Positions 36,094 through 48,499 of a stretch of 64,000 bases of DNA are shown here, one piece after another (positions within the stretch are counted from its first letter, which is position 1; the number at the start of each line of letters is the position of its first letter). Position numbers and translations under genes: made by a program. Source of the DNA: Malacoraja senta (taxonomy: Eukaryota); NCBI GenBank assembly GCA_038087875.1, contig CM075995.1:3102001-3166000 (forward strand), written 5' to 3'. The notes under the pieces were generated by a model, which worked only from the letters and a program-made list of their open reading frames with translations, was not told where the DNA came from and made no database searches.

Positions 36094-36561
36094 TTGTGCC
36101 AACGGGATTCTCTCTCCAAAATAAATCCATGCATTTTGTCAGCTTTCAAGATAAGCCACAGCAAGAGTTCTCATATAATTGGCACTTCAGAAAGGCCAGA
36201 TCATGAGTGGAGAGTACAAATCTATTAAATCTTCCTGATAAAACTGTAGGGGTTGCAATAAGACATTCAACGATATAATTGCACCATCGGGTGTGCTACT
36301 CTAGCTACTGTATGTGTTTATTTTAATTTCAATTGAGACGAAACTAAGATTATACGTATTTATGAAAGTTCATTAAAATGTCATGCCACGCCATCAACGT
36401 GTGCCTAGGATGAATCAAAGGCTGGTAACGTTGATAATTGATGTAACACCAGAGCTTAATGATGGTGTGCTTCTATCCATTAACTTAGGTTATTAATGAG
36501 AGGACTTTTGGAGTGTGGTATGAATGTAGACTGTTTCTTAAACTCAATCACACAAACTAAC

Positions 36562-37055
36562 TAAGTTCATAAGTTGTAGAAGCAGAATTAGGCCCATTTG
36601 GCCCATCAGGTCTACTGCACCATGGCTGATCTATTTTTCCTTCTCAACCCAATTCTCCTGCCTTTTCCCCATAACCCCTGACACCCATACTAATCAAGAA
36701 TCTGTCTATCTCCGCTTTAAAAATATTCATTAACCGCCTCCACAGCCGTCTTGGGCAATGAATTCCCCAGATTCACTACCATCTGACTAAAGGAATTCCT
36801 GCTCATCTCCTTTCTAACGGTATGTCCTTTTATTTTATGTCTATGGCCACTGGTCCGAGACTCTTCCACTAGTGGAAACATCCACTCCACATCCACTCTA
36901 TCCAGGCCTTTCACTATTCAGTAAGTTTCAATGAGGTCCCCCTCTTCCTTCTAAACTCCTGCGAAGTACCAGCCCAGTGCCATCAAACGCTCATCATATG
37001 TTAACCCACTCATTCCTGGGATCATTCTTGTAAACCTCCTCTGGACCCACTCTAA
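36562..37055 (-). mobile_element. CR1 3' fragment
   Basis: ORF 36717-36914 MKGLDRVDVEWMFPLV; aagttcataag tail. Confidence 0.85.
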
Positions 37056-37121
37056 CTCCACTCAGACTTTACTGGACTTCATCTTACTAAATGTTATTCA
37101 TGTTACTCTCTTTATCATAGG

Positions 37122-37902
37122 ACGTACATGGTAAATGGTAGCGAATTGAGGAATGCAGTTGAACTGAGGGATCTAGGAATAACTGTGCATAGTTCCCTGA
37201 AGGTGGAATCTCATGTAGATAGGGTGGTAAAGAAAGCTTTTGGTGTGCTGGCCTTTTTATATCAGAGCATTGAATATAGAAGTTGGGATGTAATGTTAAA
37301 ATTGTACAAGGCATTGGTGAGGCCAATTCTGGAGTATGGAGTACAATTTTGGCCGCCTAATTATTGGAAGGATGTCAACAAAATAGAGAGAGTACAGAGG
37401 AGATTTACTAGAATGTTGCCTGGGTTTCAGCAACTAAGTTACAGAGAAAGGTTGAACAAGTTAGGTCTTTATTCTTTGGAGCGCAGAAGGTTAAGAGGGG
37501 ACTTGATAGAGGTCTTTAAAATGATGAGCGGGTTAGACAGAGTTGACGTGGATAAGCTTTTCCCATTGAGAGTAGGGAAGATTCAAACAAGGGGACATGA
37601 CTTGAGAATTAAGGGACAGATGTTTAGGGGTAACATTAGGGGGAACTTCTTTACTCAGAGAGTGGTAGCTGTGTGGAATGAGCTTCCAGTGGAAGTGGTG
37701 GAGGCAGGTTCGATTTTATCCTTTAAAAATAGATTGGATGGGTATATGGATGGGAAAGGAATGGAGGGTTATGGTCTGAGTGCAGGTAGATGGGAGTAGG
37801 GGGAAGTAAGAAGAAAGAAGGGAAAAATATAAAAAGTGTTCAGCACGGACTTGAAGGGCCGAGATGGCCTGTTTCCGTGCTGTAATGGTTATATGGTTAT
37901 AT
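37122..37902 (+). mobile_element. CR1 3' fragment with open ORF2 C-terminus, closely similar to the element at 1-560
   Basis: ORF 37128-37799 has 223 aa without a stop; 37125-37680 is nearly the reverse complement of 1-560; (tggttata)n tail. Confidence 0.92.
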
Positions 37903-38565
37903 CATGTGTCTATGATACATGGCTTGATTGTAATCATGCATTGTCTTTCCGCAGACTGGATAGCAGGCAACAAAAGCTTTTCACTGTACCTTGGTACACG
38001 TGACAATAATCTGAACTAAACTAAACTGTAGCTTTATGTAATGATCCTGTTTTTGTCCTGTTTATATCAACGGGGTGGAGAGAGTCAAAAACTTCAAATT
38101 CCTGGGCGTGCATATTTCCAAAGATCTTTCCTGGACCCAGCACACTGATGCAATTAAAAATAAAGCACATCAACGCCTCTACTTCCTGAGAAGATTACGG
38201 AGATTCGGTATGTCAGAGAGGATTCTCTTGAACATTCTACAGGAGTACCATAGAGAGCATATCATGGCCTGGTTCGGCAACTTGAATGTCCAGGACTGGA
38301 AAATGTTGTGAACACTGCCCGGTCCATCACCGGCTCTGACCTCCGCATCATCGAAGGGATTTATCGGAGTCGTTGCCTCAAAAAGGCAGCCAACATCATC
38401 AGAGACCCACACCATCCTGGCCACACACACATTTCACCACTCCCATCGGGAAGAAGGCACAGGAGCCTGCAGACTGTAACGTCCAGGTTCAGGAACAGCT
38501 GCTTCCCTGCAGCCTTCAAGCTATTAAACATTACAACCTCAAATAAGCTCTAAACTACAATAGAC

Positions 38566-38620
<55 letters not shown>
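38566..38620. repeat. (TTA)n microsatellite
   Basis: Seen directly in the sequence. Confidence 0.95.
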
Positions 38621-39080
38621 GCACTACTATCATTTGTTTTTGAGTATGTGTATATGTGCATGTGTATATCTATATAACTAAAAGTCTCAGCTTGACCACT
38701 TCCTGTCTGCGCTGCGCATATTGATTTAGAAAAAACGCTACCCTATATCGCTATGATTTTTGGCCATCTTACTCACAGTCCTCCTCCGCTGAGGCAGCCC
38801 TGAGGATTTTTTCCGATCGATTAAAAATAAAAAAGTTATGAGTGTTTAAATAATCTTGAGATCAGCTGATTGGTCCTCTCGCCTGTCAATCACCATGATG
38901 AAGGTTACGGCTGGGGGTGGGGGGGGGGGGGGGCGCAGGACTATAAAACCCCGGATGCCTGGACGTGAGTCAGTCACTGTGAAAGATCGCGAGGGAGAGT
39001 CCACAACTGTGATTCTAACCTGTGAATCACCTGAACTGTGAGTCTGCAATGTACATGCAATAAATGATTTGTTAACCCTT

Positions 39081-39828
39081 AATCAGAATCAGAATCAGAA
39101 TCACACTTTATTCGCCAAGTATGTTTTGCAACATATGAGGAATTTCATTGGCCAGGTCAGTCATACAATTAAAAGCAACAGATCACCCAAAACACATTTT
39201 AACATGAACATCCACCATAGTGAATCCGACACATTCCTCACTGTGATGGAGGGCGAAATAAAGTTCAAGTCCTTCCCTTATTTCTTCCTTGATCGTGGGC
39301 GTTGAGCCTCCATTGACGGGATGATCTTGACTCCCATAGCCGGAGGCATTCGGGCACTCCGCATCGAGGTGATCAGCTCCCGCATCGGGGGGATGTCAGC
39401 TCCCCCGCGCCGGGCGATCGAACCTCTCGTCAGGGCTGGTCGAACCTTTCGTGACATTGGAGCTTCCCGACTCGGCCTCTCCCGACTGGGAGCTTGATGG
39501 TAAAGACCGTGGTGGCCGCGGTGCGAGCGATCCCAGGCAAGGGATCACCTCTGATGTTAAGTCCGCCCCCCGCGCTAGGGCTCAAAGTCAGTCCGAGGAG
39601 GCTCCAGCTCCATCGATGGAAGGCCGCAGAGCGCCAGGAGAATGTGATCCAAAAATTAATCACATCTCCAGCAAGTAAGAACTTGAAGAAAAGTTTCTCC
39701 CCACTCCCCCACACAATACAAACTGAAGAACATTAAAACAAACTTTTAACACACTAAAAAATAACAAAAATAATTAAAAAACGAACAGACTGCTGGCAGG
39801 GCAGCCATCTCCCGGCACCCCCTGGTGG
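39081..39828 (-). mobile_element. Non-autonomous GC-rich retroposon with (GATTCT)n tail, apparently complete
   Basis: Reverse complement begins ccaccaggggtgccgggagatggctgcc and ends aataaagtgtgattctgattctgattctgatt; no recognisable ORF. Confidence 0.68.
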
Positions 39829-39869
39829 TCATATGACAATGCAATGAGTTGTTTGGCAATTTGGTGGAG

Positions 39870-40495
39870 TGCACTCTGCTTGAAAAGCTATGAAATTGAA
39901 TGTGCTGTCCTGTAATCTGCCTGAAATGCTATGAAATTGAATGTGCTGGCCTGCACTCTGCATGAAATTGAATGTGTTGGACTGCACTCTGCTTGAAATG
40001 CTATGAAATGGAATGTGCTGGCCTGCACTCTGCTTGAAATGCCATGAAATCGAATGTGCTGGCCTGCACTCTGCTTGAAATGCCATGAAATTGAATGTGC
40101 TGGCCTGCACTCTGGTTAAAATGCCATGAAATTGAATGTGCTGGCCTTCACTCTGCTTGAAATGCCATGAAACTGAATGTGGTGGCCTGCACTCTGATTG
40201 ATATGTGATGAAACTGAATGTGATGGCCTGCACTCTGCTTGATATGTGATGAAACTGAATGTGGTGGCCTGCACTCTGCTTGAGATGCCATGAAATTGAA
40301 TGTGCTGCCCTTCATTCTGCATGAAATGCTATGCAATTTAATTTGCTGGCCTGCACTCTGCTTGAAATGCCATGAAATTGAATGTGCTGGCCTGCACTCT
40401 GATTGAAATGCTATGAAACGGAATGTGGTGGCCTGCACTCTGCTTGAAATGTTATGAAACTGAATTTGGTGGCCTGCACTCGGCTTGAAATGGAA
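39870..40495. repeat. 41-bp minisatellite, ~15 units
   Basis: Unit ctggcctgcactctgcttgaaatgccatgaaattgaatgtg; gcctgcactc starts at 40021 and 40062. Confidence 0.95.
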
Positions 40496-40511
40496 TTTCA
40501 AGGAATAGCCG

Positions 40512-40680
40512 TGAGTGAACTGCCAGCCCACCAGCCCTGAGTGACTGATCAGCCAGCCCACCAGCCCTGAGTGACTGAGCTGCCAGCCCACCAGGCCTGA
40601 GTGACTGAGCTGCCAGCCCACCAGGCCTGAGTGACAGAGCTGCCAGCCCACCAGGCCTGAGTGACTGAGCCGCCAGCCCA
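40512..40680. repeat. 30-bp minisatellite, ~5.5 units
   Basis: Unit gccagcccaccaggcctgagtgactgagct. Confidence 0.95.
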
Positions 40681-41302
40681 AGAATCCATTCGGCCCACAA
40701 TGTCCATACTAGACCTCTGGAAACCTGTCCCTTCGGCCCACAACACCCATACTAGTGCTCCAGAAAGCCCCCCACCCACTGGCCACCAATATTAGAATTG
40801 GTGGAGAGGTGGAATATTGCGTTGGGGGTCCAGCCCTCCCATGTGAACATGGAACCCACACACATATATACATATATATACACATATATATCTGTGTGTG
40901 TGTGTGTATGTGTATACATGTGTATATATGTATATATGTGTGTGTGAGTGCACTTGTGAGTATGTGTATATATACACATTGAAATTTTTTTGCTCTCTCT
41001 CATTTATCATATTATTTACAGAGTACTATGTTTACATATTCTGCTGTGCTGCAGCAAGTAAGAATGTCATTGTTCTATCTGGGACATATGACAATAACAC
41101 ACTCTTGACTCTTGGTTTCCTCTCCATGTCTCGCATTCCAGAAATGATCAGAAAACATGTGTTTATTACTCATTTGGAGCTTCGAGCAAGCCTTCACCCC
41201 AATTTTCATGATTATCAAACAAGGGTTCACAAATAAAATTAAAGTAAAGCATGACTTTTCCATTCCAAAATTATTCGCAGCAGTATCCTTTGATATCCTA
41301 TA

Positions 41303-41852
41303 TCCGGCAGCGGCGGCGCTGCGCTGGATTCACCGCGCAGCGGGCGATACCTACCTGGATCACCGTCTGAAGCTCCGGAGCGTTGGGCCCACTGTGGAGC
41401 TGTGGTACGCGGAGCTCCTAGCGCGGGCGGCGCTGACCGACATCGGGGAGTCCTGGGGCCCTTTGCCGAGGGCCGCCAGCGTGAATCTCTGCCCGGCGCG
41501 GCCTGAGGACATCGGGAGCTGCGGACTCCGGTGGGAAGCGGACGATTTGGAGGTCCAAGCCGCTGAGGTTGGCCTCCCGCTCTGACGTCGGAGTTCCAAC
41601 ATCCCGGCGAGCAGGCCTGAGCGGCGGGCTGCAGAGGGCTACGGAGGCCCCAACCACGGGTGAACATCAGAGGAAGATGACTGACTTTGGTGCCTTCCCT
41701 CACTGTGGGAAACGTTTGATTCTGCTGTGTGGGGATGTTTTATGTTGAACTCTATCGTGTGTTGTGTTCTTTATTTTAGTGTATGGCTGTATGGTGATCA
41801 CATTTCACTGTGCCAACTGGCACATGTGACAAATAATTGTATCTTGTATCTC
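41303..41852 (+). mobile_element. Non-autonomous GC-rich retroposon (related family)
   Basis: CpG-rich body, core agaggaaga.gactga.ctttggtgccttccctcactgtggga and tail gtgacaaataattgtatcttgtatc. Confidence 0.62.
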
Positions 41853-41934
41853 TAGATTAATTCTCAATTCCTAGAGACTTGCAGAACAATCCTGATTATA
41901 TCTGCCTGTACATGATCCACAATCAAGGTTGAGT

Positions 41935-42380
41935 CACTCCTTGGCCACTCCCTCTTCCTCACTCTCCCATCAGGCAAACGGTATAGAAGTGTGAAAATGC
42001 AAGGGTCTCGACTCAAAACGTCACCCATTCCTTCTCTCCAGAGATGCTGCCTGTCCCGCTGAGTTACTCCAGCATTTTGTGTCTACCCACCAGATTCAGG
42101 AACAGTTTCTTCCCAGCCGTTATCAGGCAACTGAATCATCCTCCCACAACCAGAAAGCAGTGCTGAACTATTATCTACCACTTAGTTGACCCTCAGACTA
42201 TCCTTGATCGGACTTTGCTGGCTTGCACTAAACGTTATTCCCTTATCAAGTATCTATACACTTTAAATGGCTCAATTGTAATCATGTATTGTCTTTCTGT
42301 AGACTGGTTAGCATGCAACAAAAAGCTTTTCACTGTACCTCGGTACACGTGACACTAAACTAACTAACCAACTAACTAAC
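41935..42380 (+). mobile_element. Rex1-type LINE 3' end with a Penelope pLTR insert (42001-42086)
   Basis: ctctcccatcaggcaaacggtatagaagtgtgaaaatgc resumes as cccaccagattcaggaacagtttcttcccagc; tail ends cacgtgacactaaactaac. Confidence 0.8.
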
Positions 42381-42952
42381 CAATAATGAATCTCTCCATT
42401 CCTTGCCCTTCCATGTGCCTATCTAAAAACCTCTTAAATCGCTAGTATCCGTCCTGCCTCCACCACTACCCCTTGCAAAGCGTTGCAAATAAAACAAAGC
42501 AATGGTTTCCAAATAAAATGAAAGCATAGCATGACTTTGCCATTCCAACATTAGTTGCAGCATTATATTCTGTACATTCTGTACATTAATCCTCAGTTCC
42601 CAGCCACTTGCGGAGGAATCCTGGAAGGTTGGTCATGTTTGTTGGCAGAGGGCATGTCATTGCATTACGTGCAAGAACTAGGAAAATCAACGTTGCGATA
42701 TAAGTGAGAGAAAAACGCTTCTTAACCTTGGTAGTTCTAGACACCACCTCACACGTGTGCTGTTCTGGCTTTCAATGGTCATGTAATCAGCACAGCTCAG
42801 CGCCACCTCTCCTGAGATGCCCAAGTACAAAGTCAAGCAAAATACTATACTTAGAACTAACGGACAGGTTAAAAACACCACAAACCTTAGCTGCAAAAGT
42901 TGCAATGGAAACTGTGTGCAAATACTGAAAACCACGTCCCCTAGGCGGGTTA

Positions 42953-44358
42953 ATTTTAGTTTTATTTAGAGATAGAGCACGGAAACAGGCTCTTCGGCCC
43001 ACCGAATCCGCGCCAACCAGCGATCCCCGCACACTAACACTATCCTACATACACACACACTAGGGGAAATTTACAATTTTACCAAAGCCAATTAACCTAC
43101 AAACCTGTATGTCTTTGGAGTGTGGGAAGAAACCAGAGCACCTGGATGTAACCCTCTCGGTCACAGGGAGAACGTGCAAACTCCGTACAGACTGCACTGC
43201 GGTCTGTATGGAGTTTGCACATTCTCGCCATGACCTGCTTGGGTTTTCTCTGAGATCTTCGGTTTCCTCCCACACTCCAAAGACGTACAGGTTTGTAGGT
43301 TTGTTTGCTTGGTAAATGTAAAAATTGTCCATGGTGTTTGTAGGATAGTGTTAATGTGTGGGGATCGCTGGTCGGCGCAGACTCAGTGGGCTGAATTGCT
43401 GCATCTCTAAACTAAACTAAACTTGAGTCATGGGTAAACACAAAATGCTGGAGGAACTCAGCGGGACAGGCAGTATCTCTGGAGAGAAGGAATGGGTGAC
43501 GCATTGGGTCGACACCCTTCCGCAGACGGACGTCAGGGGGGAGGGAGATAGATAGATAAGGAAGTGTGAAGGTGTGAAAACTGGGCAAAGGGAATGGAGA
43601 TCAATGAAATTGTAGAGTCCATCATTGTTAGCTGGGAGAAGGTAACAACAAAGCAAACAGAGATAAAATGTAATCAGGGACAGAAAGCCTGGTCGGAGAA
43701 CTGGGGAGGGGATGGAGAGAGAGGGAAAGCAAGGGTTACTTGAAGTTAGTGAAGTCAATGTTCATACCGCTGGGGTGTAAGTTGCTCAAGTGAAATATGA
43801 GGTGCTGTTCCTCCAATTTGCGCTGGGCCTCACTCTGACAATGGAGGAGGCCCAGGTCAGAAAGGTCAGTGTGGGAATGGGAGGGGGAATTAAAGTGTCC
43901 AGTCATGGATCTTAATCTGACAACAGATGAAAGATGTAAAGATATAAAGATTCTGGGCACCATGTTATAGGAAAGATATTGTCACGCTTGAAAGAGCTCA
44001 GAGAAGATTTACGAGGATGTTGCCAGGACTGGAGAGTCTGAGCGAAAGGGAGAGGTTGAGTAAGTTGGGTCTCTATTCCTTTGGAGTGCAGGAGGATGAG
44101 GGAGGATCTTATAGAGGTATATTAATTTATGAGAGGAACAGATCAGTTAGATGCACAGAGTCTCTTGCCCAGAGTGGGGGAATTGAGGACCAGGGGACAT
44201 AGGTTCAAAGTGAAGGGGAAGCGATTTTATAGGAATCTGAGGGGTGACTTTTTCACACAAAGGGTGGTGGGTGTATGAAACAAGCTGCCTGAGGAGGTAG
44301 TCAGGATCGAACCCGGCGATGTAAGGCAGCAATTCTATCACTGTGCCACAGTGCTGCC
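42953..44358 (-). mobile_element. HE1-like SINE split by a 1.1-kb templated insertion (42953-43195 and 44298-44358)
   Basis: ctccgtacagactgcac resumes as gtagtcaggatcgaaccc. Confidence 0.82.
43196..44301 (+). repeat. 1.1-kb near-identical direct copy of 34814-35917 (SINE + Penelope + CR1 composite)
   Basis: Same junctions and unique spacer (catggatcttaatct.acaacagatgaaagatgtaaag) in both copies; paired ORFs 35352/43736 and 35633/44017. Confidence 0.95.
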
Positions 44359-44754
44359 CTAAATTATAGCCCTAAGTTAATTTTAGTTCATCAGTGAAGG
44401 TGGATGTTCGCTTCATGTTACATGCATATATATCTGAGCTGCCTGACTTCGAAGGATGCCATGCTGTTGGGTACCCTGATTGAAGCTAATCACCAAGCTT
44501 CAAATGCTTTATGTATCGTTGGTCATTGCTGTTGTTGTCCTCGAAATTTGTGCTTGAAATATTGCCCAGCTGTTTGAAACCCTTGTCATAAATAGAGGTC
44601 CATCTGTTTTTAATTCCCTTGCCTGCAGCGGTTCATCTGCATAATTCACCTTTATTGGCGTGGAAAATCAACCTCTGAATACCATGATTAACTGGCAATG
44701 AACAATTGACTCAGTTCTGGGCTGCAATAGTGTGACAATGTGGAAATTAACTTA

Positions 44755-45400
44755 AAAATTTGTACGTCTTTGGAGTGTGGGAGGAAATCGGAGCAGCTGG
44801 GGCAAACCCACGTGGTCACGGGGAGAACGTACAAACTCCGTACAGACAGCATGCAGAGTCAGGATCGAACCGGGGTGCCTGGCGCTGTGAAGCATTGATT
44901 CTACCAGCTGCACCACTGTGCCACCGCTCTGATGGGGCTGTGGTGACCTAGGATCCATCACAAGACCTGGCAGACAACTGAATAAACATCAGAGGGGCTG
45001 AACATGGTTTATCAAATACAGAAAACAATATCCCAGCCACGGCATGCATGATCCATTGCTTTCAATGTCATGTACTTACAGTAGTTTAGTTTAGTTTAGA
45101 GATACAGCGCGGAAACAGGCCCTTCAGCCCACCGAGTCCTCGCTGACCAGCGATCCCCGCGCATTAACACTATCCGACACACACTAAGGACAATTTACAT
45201 TTATAGCCAATTAACCTGTAAACCTGTACGTCTTTGAAGTGTGGGAGGATACCCCGAAGATCTCAGAGGAAACTCACGCAGGTCACGGGGAGAACGTACA
45301 AACGCCATACACACAGCGCCCGTAGTCGGGATCGAAACAGAGTCTCCGGCACTGCAAGCGCTGTAAGGCAGCAACTCTACCACTGCGCCACCGTGACGCC
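44755..45400 (-). mobile_element. Two HE1-like SINEs (44755-44927 and 45083-45400)
   Basis: B-box rc ggatcgaa and (tttag)n tail. Confidence 0.85.
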
Positions 45401-45675
45401 CACTTCTTGTTTTATTGTGAGTATGTTGAAAATGTTGTAGGTCATGTTGTCTTGATCCAATTCCCATCGTGAAGTAATTAATTGAGCCACACATATCAAT
45501 GGCTTTGTCACATACAGGGTATACATACGATGGGGAAATGAAACCCCTGCCTGGGTGAGCAGAGGTTGCAGGTGTCCAGTCCTATATCTGGACTCATTTC
45601 CTGATGGGTTAAGGTGGATACACCAAACAAGCAACGTTTTGCATTATTTACTGAAAAATAGGTATAAATGAAACC

Positions 45676-46070
45676 AAAGTTTGACACAAAAAGCTGGAGT
45701 AACTCAGCGGGACGGGCAGCATCTCTGGAGAGAAATAATGGGTGACGTTTCGGGTCGAGACCCTTCTTCAATCTGTAAGGCAGCAACTCTACCACTGCAC
45801 CACTGTCCCACCCCGAAGAATGGCTTTTCTTCTAAACAAGCAAAGTGTCCATTAAGAACAGGAGCTTGGAGCAATTTTGGGAGCTCTGTCACCTCACTCC
45901 CTGCCGCACGAGGCTATAAAACATGATTACTTCTTCGTAGTCAGAAGAAGGGTCTAAACCCAAAATGGCACCCATTCCTTCTCTCCAGAGATGCTGCCTG
46001 TCCCGCTGAGTCACTCCAGCTTTTTGTGTCTATTTTCAGTTTAAACCAGCATCTGCAGTTCCTTCCAACA
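45676..46070. mobile_element. Penelope inverted-pLTR insertion enclosing foreign sequence, 13-bp TSD
   Basis: tataaatgaaacc at 45663-45675 and 46071-46083; pLTR (-) at 45683-45770 and pLTR (+) at 45939-46070. Confidence 0.8.
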
Positions 46071-46123
46071 TATAAATGAAACCGATTTCTGTGCATTTCT
46101 TTCTGACTGAAGGATGGAAAAGA

Positions 46124-47145
46124 TTTAGTTTAGTTTAGTTTAAGATACAGCGCGGAAACAGGCCCTTCGGCCCACTGGTCCGGCGCCGACCAGTGATCCC
46201 CGCACATTAACACTATCCTGCACTCACTAGGGACAATTTTTACATTTACCAAGCCAATTAACCTACAAACCTGTATGACTTTGGAGTGTGGGAGGAAACC
46301 GAAGATCTCGGAGAAAACCCATGCAGGTCACGGGAAGAACGTACAAACTCCGTACAGACATCAAATAATGACGAGACGGAGTACAGGAAGGAGATTGAGA
46401 ACCCCGTGTCCTGGTGTCAAAACAACAACCTTTCTCTCAATGTCATCAAGACATTCCCGGGATGGCGGGACGATAGACAATAGACAATAGGAGCAGGAGT
46501 AGGCCATTTGGCCCTTCAAGCCAGCACCGCCATTCAATGTGATCATGGCTGATCATCCCCAATCAGTACCCCGTTCCTGCCTTCTCCCCATATCCCCTGA
46601 CTCCGCTATTTTTAAGAGCCCTATCTAGCTCTGTCTTGAAAGCATCCAGAGAACCTGCCTCCACCACCCTCTGAGGCAGAGAATTCCACACTCACCACTC
46701 TCTGTGAGAAAAAGTGTTTCCTCGTCTCCGTTCTAAATGGATTACTCCTTATTCTTAAACTGTGGCCCTTGGTTCTGGACTCCCCCAATGCCGGGAACAT
46801 GTTTCCTGCCTCTAGTGTGTCCAAGCCCCTAACAATCTTAGACTGAGATACAATGAAAGAATGGATCGACTGGGCTTGTATTCACTGGAACCTCAAAGGA
46901 TGAGAGGGCATCTTATAGAAACATATACAATTCTTAAAGGATTGGACAGGCTAGACGCAGGAAAAATGTTTCCCATTTTGGGGGAGTCCAGAACCAGTGC
47001 TCACAGTTTAAGAATAAGTGATAGGCCATTTAGGACTGAGATGAGGAAAAACTTTTTCACGCAGAGTTGTGAATCTGTGCAATTATCTGCCAAAGAAGGC
47101 AGTGGAGGCCAATTCACTGAATGTATTAAAGAGAGAGTTGGATAT
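46124..47145. mobile_element. SINE (-, 46124-46360), Rex RT fragment (+, 46360-46453) and CR1 (+) split by a nested CR1 tail (-, 46473-46840)
   Basis: SNNDETEYRKEIE..WCQNNNLSLNV; ttcccgggatggcgggac resumes as tgagatacaatgaaagaatggatcg. Confidence 0.78.
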
Positions 47146-47149
47146 ACTG

Positions 47150-47377
47150 TAGCTCTCCCTCACAACGCACCCCGCCCCCATGACCCCCCACCCCCACAAC
47201 CTCCACACCCCTTCAACTACCGCCCCACGGAACGGGTGAGTGGTGGAATATTGCGTTGGGGGAACGGGTTGCATTGGGGGAACGGGTGAGTGGTGGAATA
47301 TTGCGTTGGGGAATGGGTGGCGTTGGGGGACCAGGCCTCCCGTGTGACTTGGACCCAACGGGTCCCACTTGCTATAG
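47150..47377 (+). mobile_element. Helitron-like 3' end
   Basis: Hairpin ggaccc-aac-gggtcc (47351-47365) lies 12 nt before ...ctaTAG|t; there is an internal ~50-bp duplication. Confidence 0.6.
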
Positions 47378-47407
47378 TATTAAATAAATTTCTCACTTTT
47401 CACCACT

Positions 47408-47620
47408 GTTTAGTTTAGTTTAGTTTAGTTTAGTTTAGAGATACAGTGCAGAAACAGGCCCATCGGCCCACCGAGTCTGCACTGACAAGCGATCCCCGCA
47501 TATTAACACTATACTACACATACTAGGGACAATTTTTTTACATTTACCAAGCCATTTAACCTACAAACCTGTACGTCTTTGGTGTGTGGGATGAAACCGG
47601 AGATCTCCGAGAAAGCCCAA
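47408..47620 (-). mobile_element. HE1-like SINE 3' half
   Basis: (tttag)n-agatacagtgcagaaacaggcc. Confidence 0.85.
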
Positions 47621-48499
47621 TGTTTCCTGATCTTCTGAGCATTTCCAACAATCCCGACCTGTATTTCACAGCTTTTACGTTTCCCTTTCCTCTCTCTCTC
47701 TGTCCTAATTAATTGACGAGATAGCTCCTTCAACCACTTGTCACTATAACAATCCTGGTCCTACTCCCCTCCACTCAATCTGTAACTTGAAACTACCTTG
47801 CTCTGCTTCAAATTGATCTATCACTGAAACCCATGCCGCCATCTGCTTTGGCCCAAAGCTATGGAATTGCACCTTTAAAATGTCCCTTCAAGCCCATTTC
47901 TTTATTTAAGCATTAAGCTGTAAATGGCTCGATCGTAATCATGAATTGTCTTTCCACTAACTGGTTGGCGCTCAACAAAAGCAACGCAATGACACGTCCC
48001 TATAAACTAAGCTTAACTGTATATCAACTGTATAGGTATCAAATCCTGTAATTATATATAAAATGTGTTGAATAACAGTTCTGTGAAATGCATTGGAATA
48101 TTTAACTTTCTAAAGATGCATTTTATTATTGTCAATCTATGTGGGGCTTTACAGATCGACTCATGCTATGATGTATTTACATTTTCATCATAAGAGGGAT
48201 TTAACGTAATTTTTTTAAATATCAAAAACTGTCGCCAATTTAAATGCTTTCAATTATAGACTCACATTAAGAAACAGAAGGACTACTTAAGGGCCAATTA
48301 GTTCCTTCAAACAAATTAGATAAAGCAATGAGAAGAATATGAAGCAATTTCATTTTGCTATTCAGATGTTCCTTGAGATGATACATGGCCATGATCAGGG
48401 AGGGAATGTTTAAAACAACGTTCTTCGCAGTTGACTAATCGGGTACTAATATAGATGGGACAGTCACAAATCCTGCTCTGCAGGTCCTGTTTTTGAAAG

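Larger units (their letters stand above)
38669..40860 (+). mobile_element. Non-autonomous Helitron-like element carrying two minisatellites; 3' terminus truncated
   Basis: Starts a|TCtatataactaaaa. Ends in ggtggaatattgcgttggggg...ggaaccca, homologous to the hairpin-terminated end at 47292-47377. No TSD. Confidence 0.6.
38050..41114 (+). mobile_element. Rex1/Babar-type LINE 3' end, interrupted in its 3'UTR by a Helitron-like element
   Basis: ERVKNFKFLGVHIS, KAHQRLYFLRRLRRF and PLPSGRR. The 3'UTR (TA/TG)n resumes at ~40860 and ends gacaataacacactcttgactcttg. Confidence 0.8.

Noticed and set aside
39870..40680. CRISPR-like array or repeat-protein ORFs (39829-40233, 40148-40681)
   Set aside because: Units are head-to-tail with no unique spacers, there are no cas genes and the context is eukaryotic. 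The ORFs are artefacts of the repeat.
41303..41660. CpG-island host promoter
   Set aside because: The GC-rich body is shared with the repeat copy at 49417-49949 and ends in a retroposon-like tail.
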